Source of the DNA: a virus
Taxonomy: Duplodnaviria > Caudoviricetes
Reading direction: 5' to 3' (one strand)
DNA length: 24,819 nucleotides
IMG/VR virus record: IMGVR_UViG_3300049725_000010
Span: 1 to 24,819 of that record
Shown here: positions 23,180 through 24,819 of the stretch, piece after piece
How the letters are laid out: each line of letters begins with the position of its first letter
Numbering within the stretch: position 1 is the first letter of the stretch
The notes under the pieces: model-generated
What the model was told of the DNA's origin: nothing
What the model saw: the letters and a program-made list of their open reading frames with translations, nothing else
Databases searched by the model: none
Translations under genes and position numbers: made by a program

Positions 23180-24574
23180 TTACTTCCTGAACTGCTGGAA
23201 CACGTCAACGTCATCGAGCACATGCTTGAAGGCGCCAGCCAGAGCATCCACCGCATCGTCGTGGGTCCCCTTGGCTGGGAAGGCTTCGAGCTGGCCGAAA
23301 AAGGTGTCATTCCAGGGCTCGCGAACCACATCGATGTTTCCATGCTGCCACTGAGCGGCCACGGGTTCGGCGCGTGTCTCCTTGTCGCCTGTCTCGTGGT
23401 CAGCGTACACGTCCCAGCCGGCAAGCTCTAGGATGTAGCTCTCAGCCTGGTCCTTCCCTGCCTGTGCGGGGTCCTGGGGAATGCCCACCGAGCATGACTT
23501 GTCGTCGTTGACGGCCACGCGCTTGACCAAGGCTCGCACGTCTGCCGCGCGCTTCCTGGCGAATTCGCAGTCAACCACGACGAATCGACCGTCCTTGCGA
23601 CGCCCAAGCTTGAGCCCACACGTGAAATCAGGGTCTGGGCTGCTCTCGCATGGTTCGGTCGCGGCAAGGTCCCATCGGCGCGTATAGCATTCGATGTCAT
23701 TCGGTACGGAGTCAATGATTCGGCAGTCAGAGCGTCGGAAGTAGCTGCCGGCATCGGCGCGGATCTTCCAGTTGCCGTCAAGGAGCCGCGCACGGTTCAC
23801 GCGGGTCATCGCCATCAGCTTTCCGCGGTAGCCTGGGTCTGCTTGCTCCAGAATCCTGTTCTCTTCTAGCTTGCCAGGGATGAACGTCAGGCTTTGAATC
23901 TGCTCATCTGGGATGACGGTCCCAGGAGGCATCTGGGAACGTACCGCCTGCTTGTCATCACCCCAAAATGTATCTCCCTGCCAGCGGGTGAAATAGCGGA
24001 GCACACCAGAACGCTCTGGTATCGGCAGGCCTGTCTCTTGATCAATCCACCAGGCGATGAGCTTCGCCACCCACGAATCAGGGTCCGGGTTGCACGTCGC
24101 TAGCGTGTATGGTTTCACGCCACACGTAGAGCGGTTACGGGACTGCAAATACCAAAACTGCTCTTCCAGAAAATGGCAAAGCTCATCAAACACGATGAGG
24201 GCAAGCGCGCTGCCTTGCCAATCGTAGTGAGTGTCCTTCTGCTCAAGATGTGCGAACGTCACGGACGCTCCGGAGGGGAACGTCCAGCGCAGGAAGCCCG
24301 AAGAAGGGACACCGCGCGCATGACGGTAGAGATTCTGCGAGGCATCCCATAGACCGCCGGGAGACCGCACCTGTACGGTTGTTCGACGAAAAAAGACCGC
24401 GCGAAAATCTCGAAGGTGAACCCACGCAAGGGGGGCCATTAATGCAGCTTGACTTTTCCCGCAACCGGCACTCCCACCGCCGATCGTGACATCGGCAGGA
24501 GATGACAGAAACCGCTCCTGAAAGCCTGGCTGCGGCCTAATCTCCCGCGGGTTAGTTGCTGCCGGTGTCGCCAT
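23180..24574 (-). CDS. terL: Terminase large subunit
   Basis: PQPGFQ adenine-binding motif, Walker A GGSAGCGKS, Walker B LIVFDE, ATCNP coupling motif, nuclease RRWDLAAT...PDFT and HDDAVDA. Confidence 0.95.
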   Translation of the reverse strand: MATPAATNPREIRPQPGFQERFLSSPADVTIGGGSAGCGKSQAALMAPLAWVHLRDFRAVFFRRTTVQVRSPGGLWDASQNLYRHARGVPSSGFLRWTFPSGASVTFAHLEQKDTHYDWQGSALALIVFDELCHFLEEQFWYLQSRNRSTCGVKPYTLATCNPDPDSWVAKLIAWWIDQETGLPIPERSGVLRYFTRWQGDTFWGDDKQAVRSQMPPGTVIPDEQIQSLTFIPGKLEENRILEQADPGYRGKLMAMTRVNRARLLDGNWKIRADAGSYFRRSDCRIIDSVPNDIECYTRRWDLAATEPCESSPDPDFTCGLKLGRRKDGRFVVVDCEFARKRAADVRALVKRVAVNDDKSCSVGIPQDPAQAGKDQAESYILELAGWDVYADHETGDKETRAEPVAAQWQHGNIDVVREPWNDTFFGQLEAFPAKGTHDDAVDALAGAFKHVLDDVDVFQQFRK

Positions 24575-24818
24575 CGGACTCTGGAACGCTTACGGACGGC
24601 GCGTCCTCTGGAGACGGAGGCTTTACATCCTCAGCGGCGGGACCTCTGCCGTTAGACGGAATGTAGATATGCACCTGGCTGGCGCCGACGGCTTCTCCAT
24701 TGCTCGTGACATCCATGAACTCCTTGGCCTTGCCCTGGCACTGCTCGACGATGAACTTCCCCGCGATGAAGTTGCCGTTGACGGCGCCAAGGTAGAGCCG
24801 ATTCCACACGTTGTAGAG
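24552..24818 (-). CDS. Terminase small subunit, C-terminal part (5' end outside the window)
   Basis: Frame is open to the window edge (LYNVWNRL...); GKAKEFMDVTSNGE...IYIPSNGR resembles small-subunit C-termini; overlaps the terL start. Confidence 0.65.
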   Translation of the reverse strand, partial: LYNVWNRLYLGAVNGNFIAGKFIVEQCQGKAKEFMDVTSNGEAVGASQVHIYIPSNGRGPAAEDVKPPSPEDAPSVSVPESDGDTGSN

Positions 24819-24819
24819 C

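Noticed and set aside
1-24819. Stop-codon reassignment, tRNA or other structured RNA genes, Rho-independent terminators
   Set aside because: Core genes are full length in the standard code with all three stops used; intergenic gaps are very short and no convincing cloverleaf or hairpin-plus-U-tract was seen.

Overview
Almost the whole window is the virion-morphogenesis region of a GC-rich tailed phage or prophage with a contractile tail, encoded on the minus strand. From right to left: terminase small (partial) and large subunits, portal, MuF/SPP1 gp7-like head protein, DUF2213-type protease/scaffold, decoration protein, DUF2184-type major capsid protein, head-tail joining proteins, DUF3383-type sheath, tube, tail chaperone with a -1 frameshift site, tape measure, baseplate hub, spike and wedge genes, and tail fibre. 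Family names come from motif recognition and gene order, not from database searches. Three parts fall outside the core plan. (1) Between portal and MuF is a four-gene module that includes a 509-aa protein of exactly 20 tandem 20-aa repeats and a 175-aa protein whose N-terminal arm appears to follow the same repeat register; this is a candidate ruler-templated fibre system. (2) Next to it is a plus-strand cassette of small genes (HTH protein, membrane Zn-ribbon protein and others). (3) Two unlinked small His-rich proteins share a 20-aa N-terminal leader ending in Asp, a candidate capsid-targeting and protease-cleavage signal; one travels with an HNH-AP2 endonuclease inserted in the baseplate genes. 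No RNA genes, CRISPR array, integrase or lysis genes were recognised.
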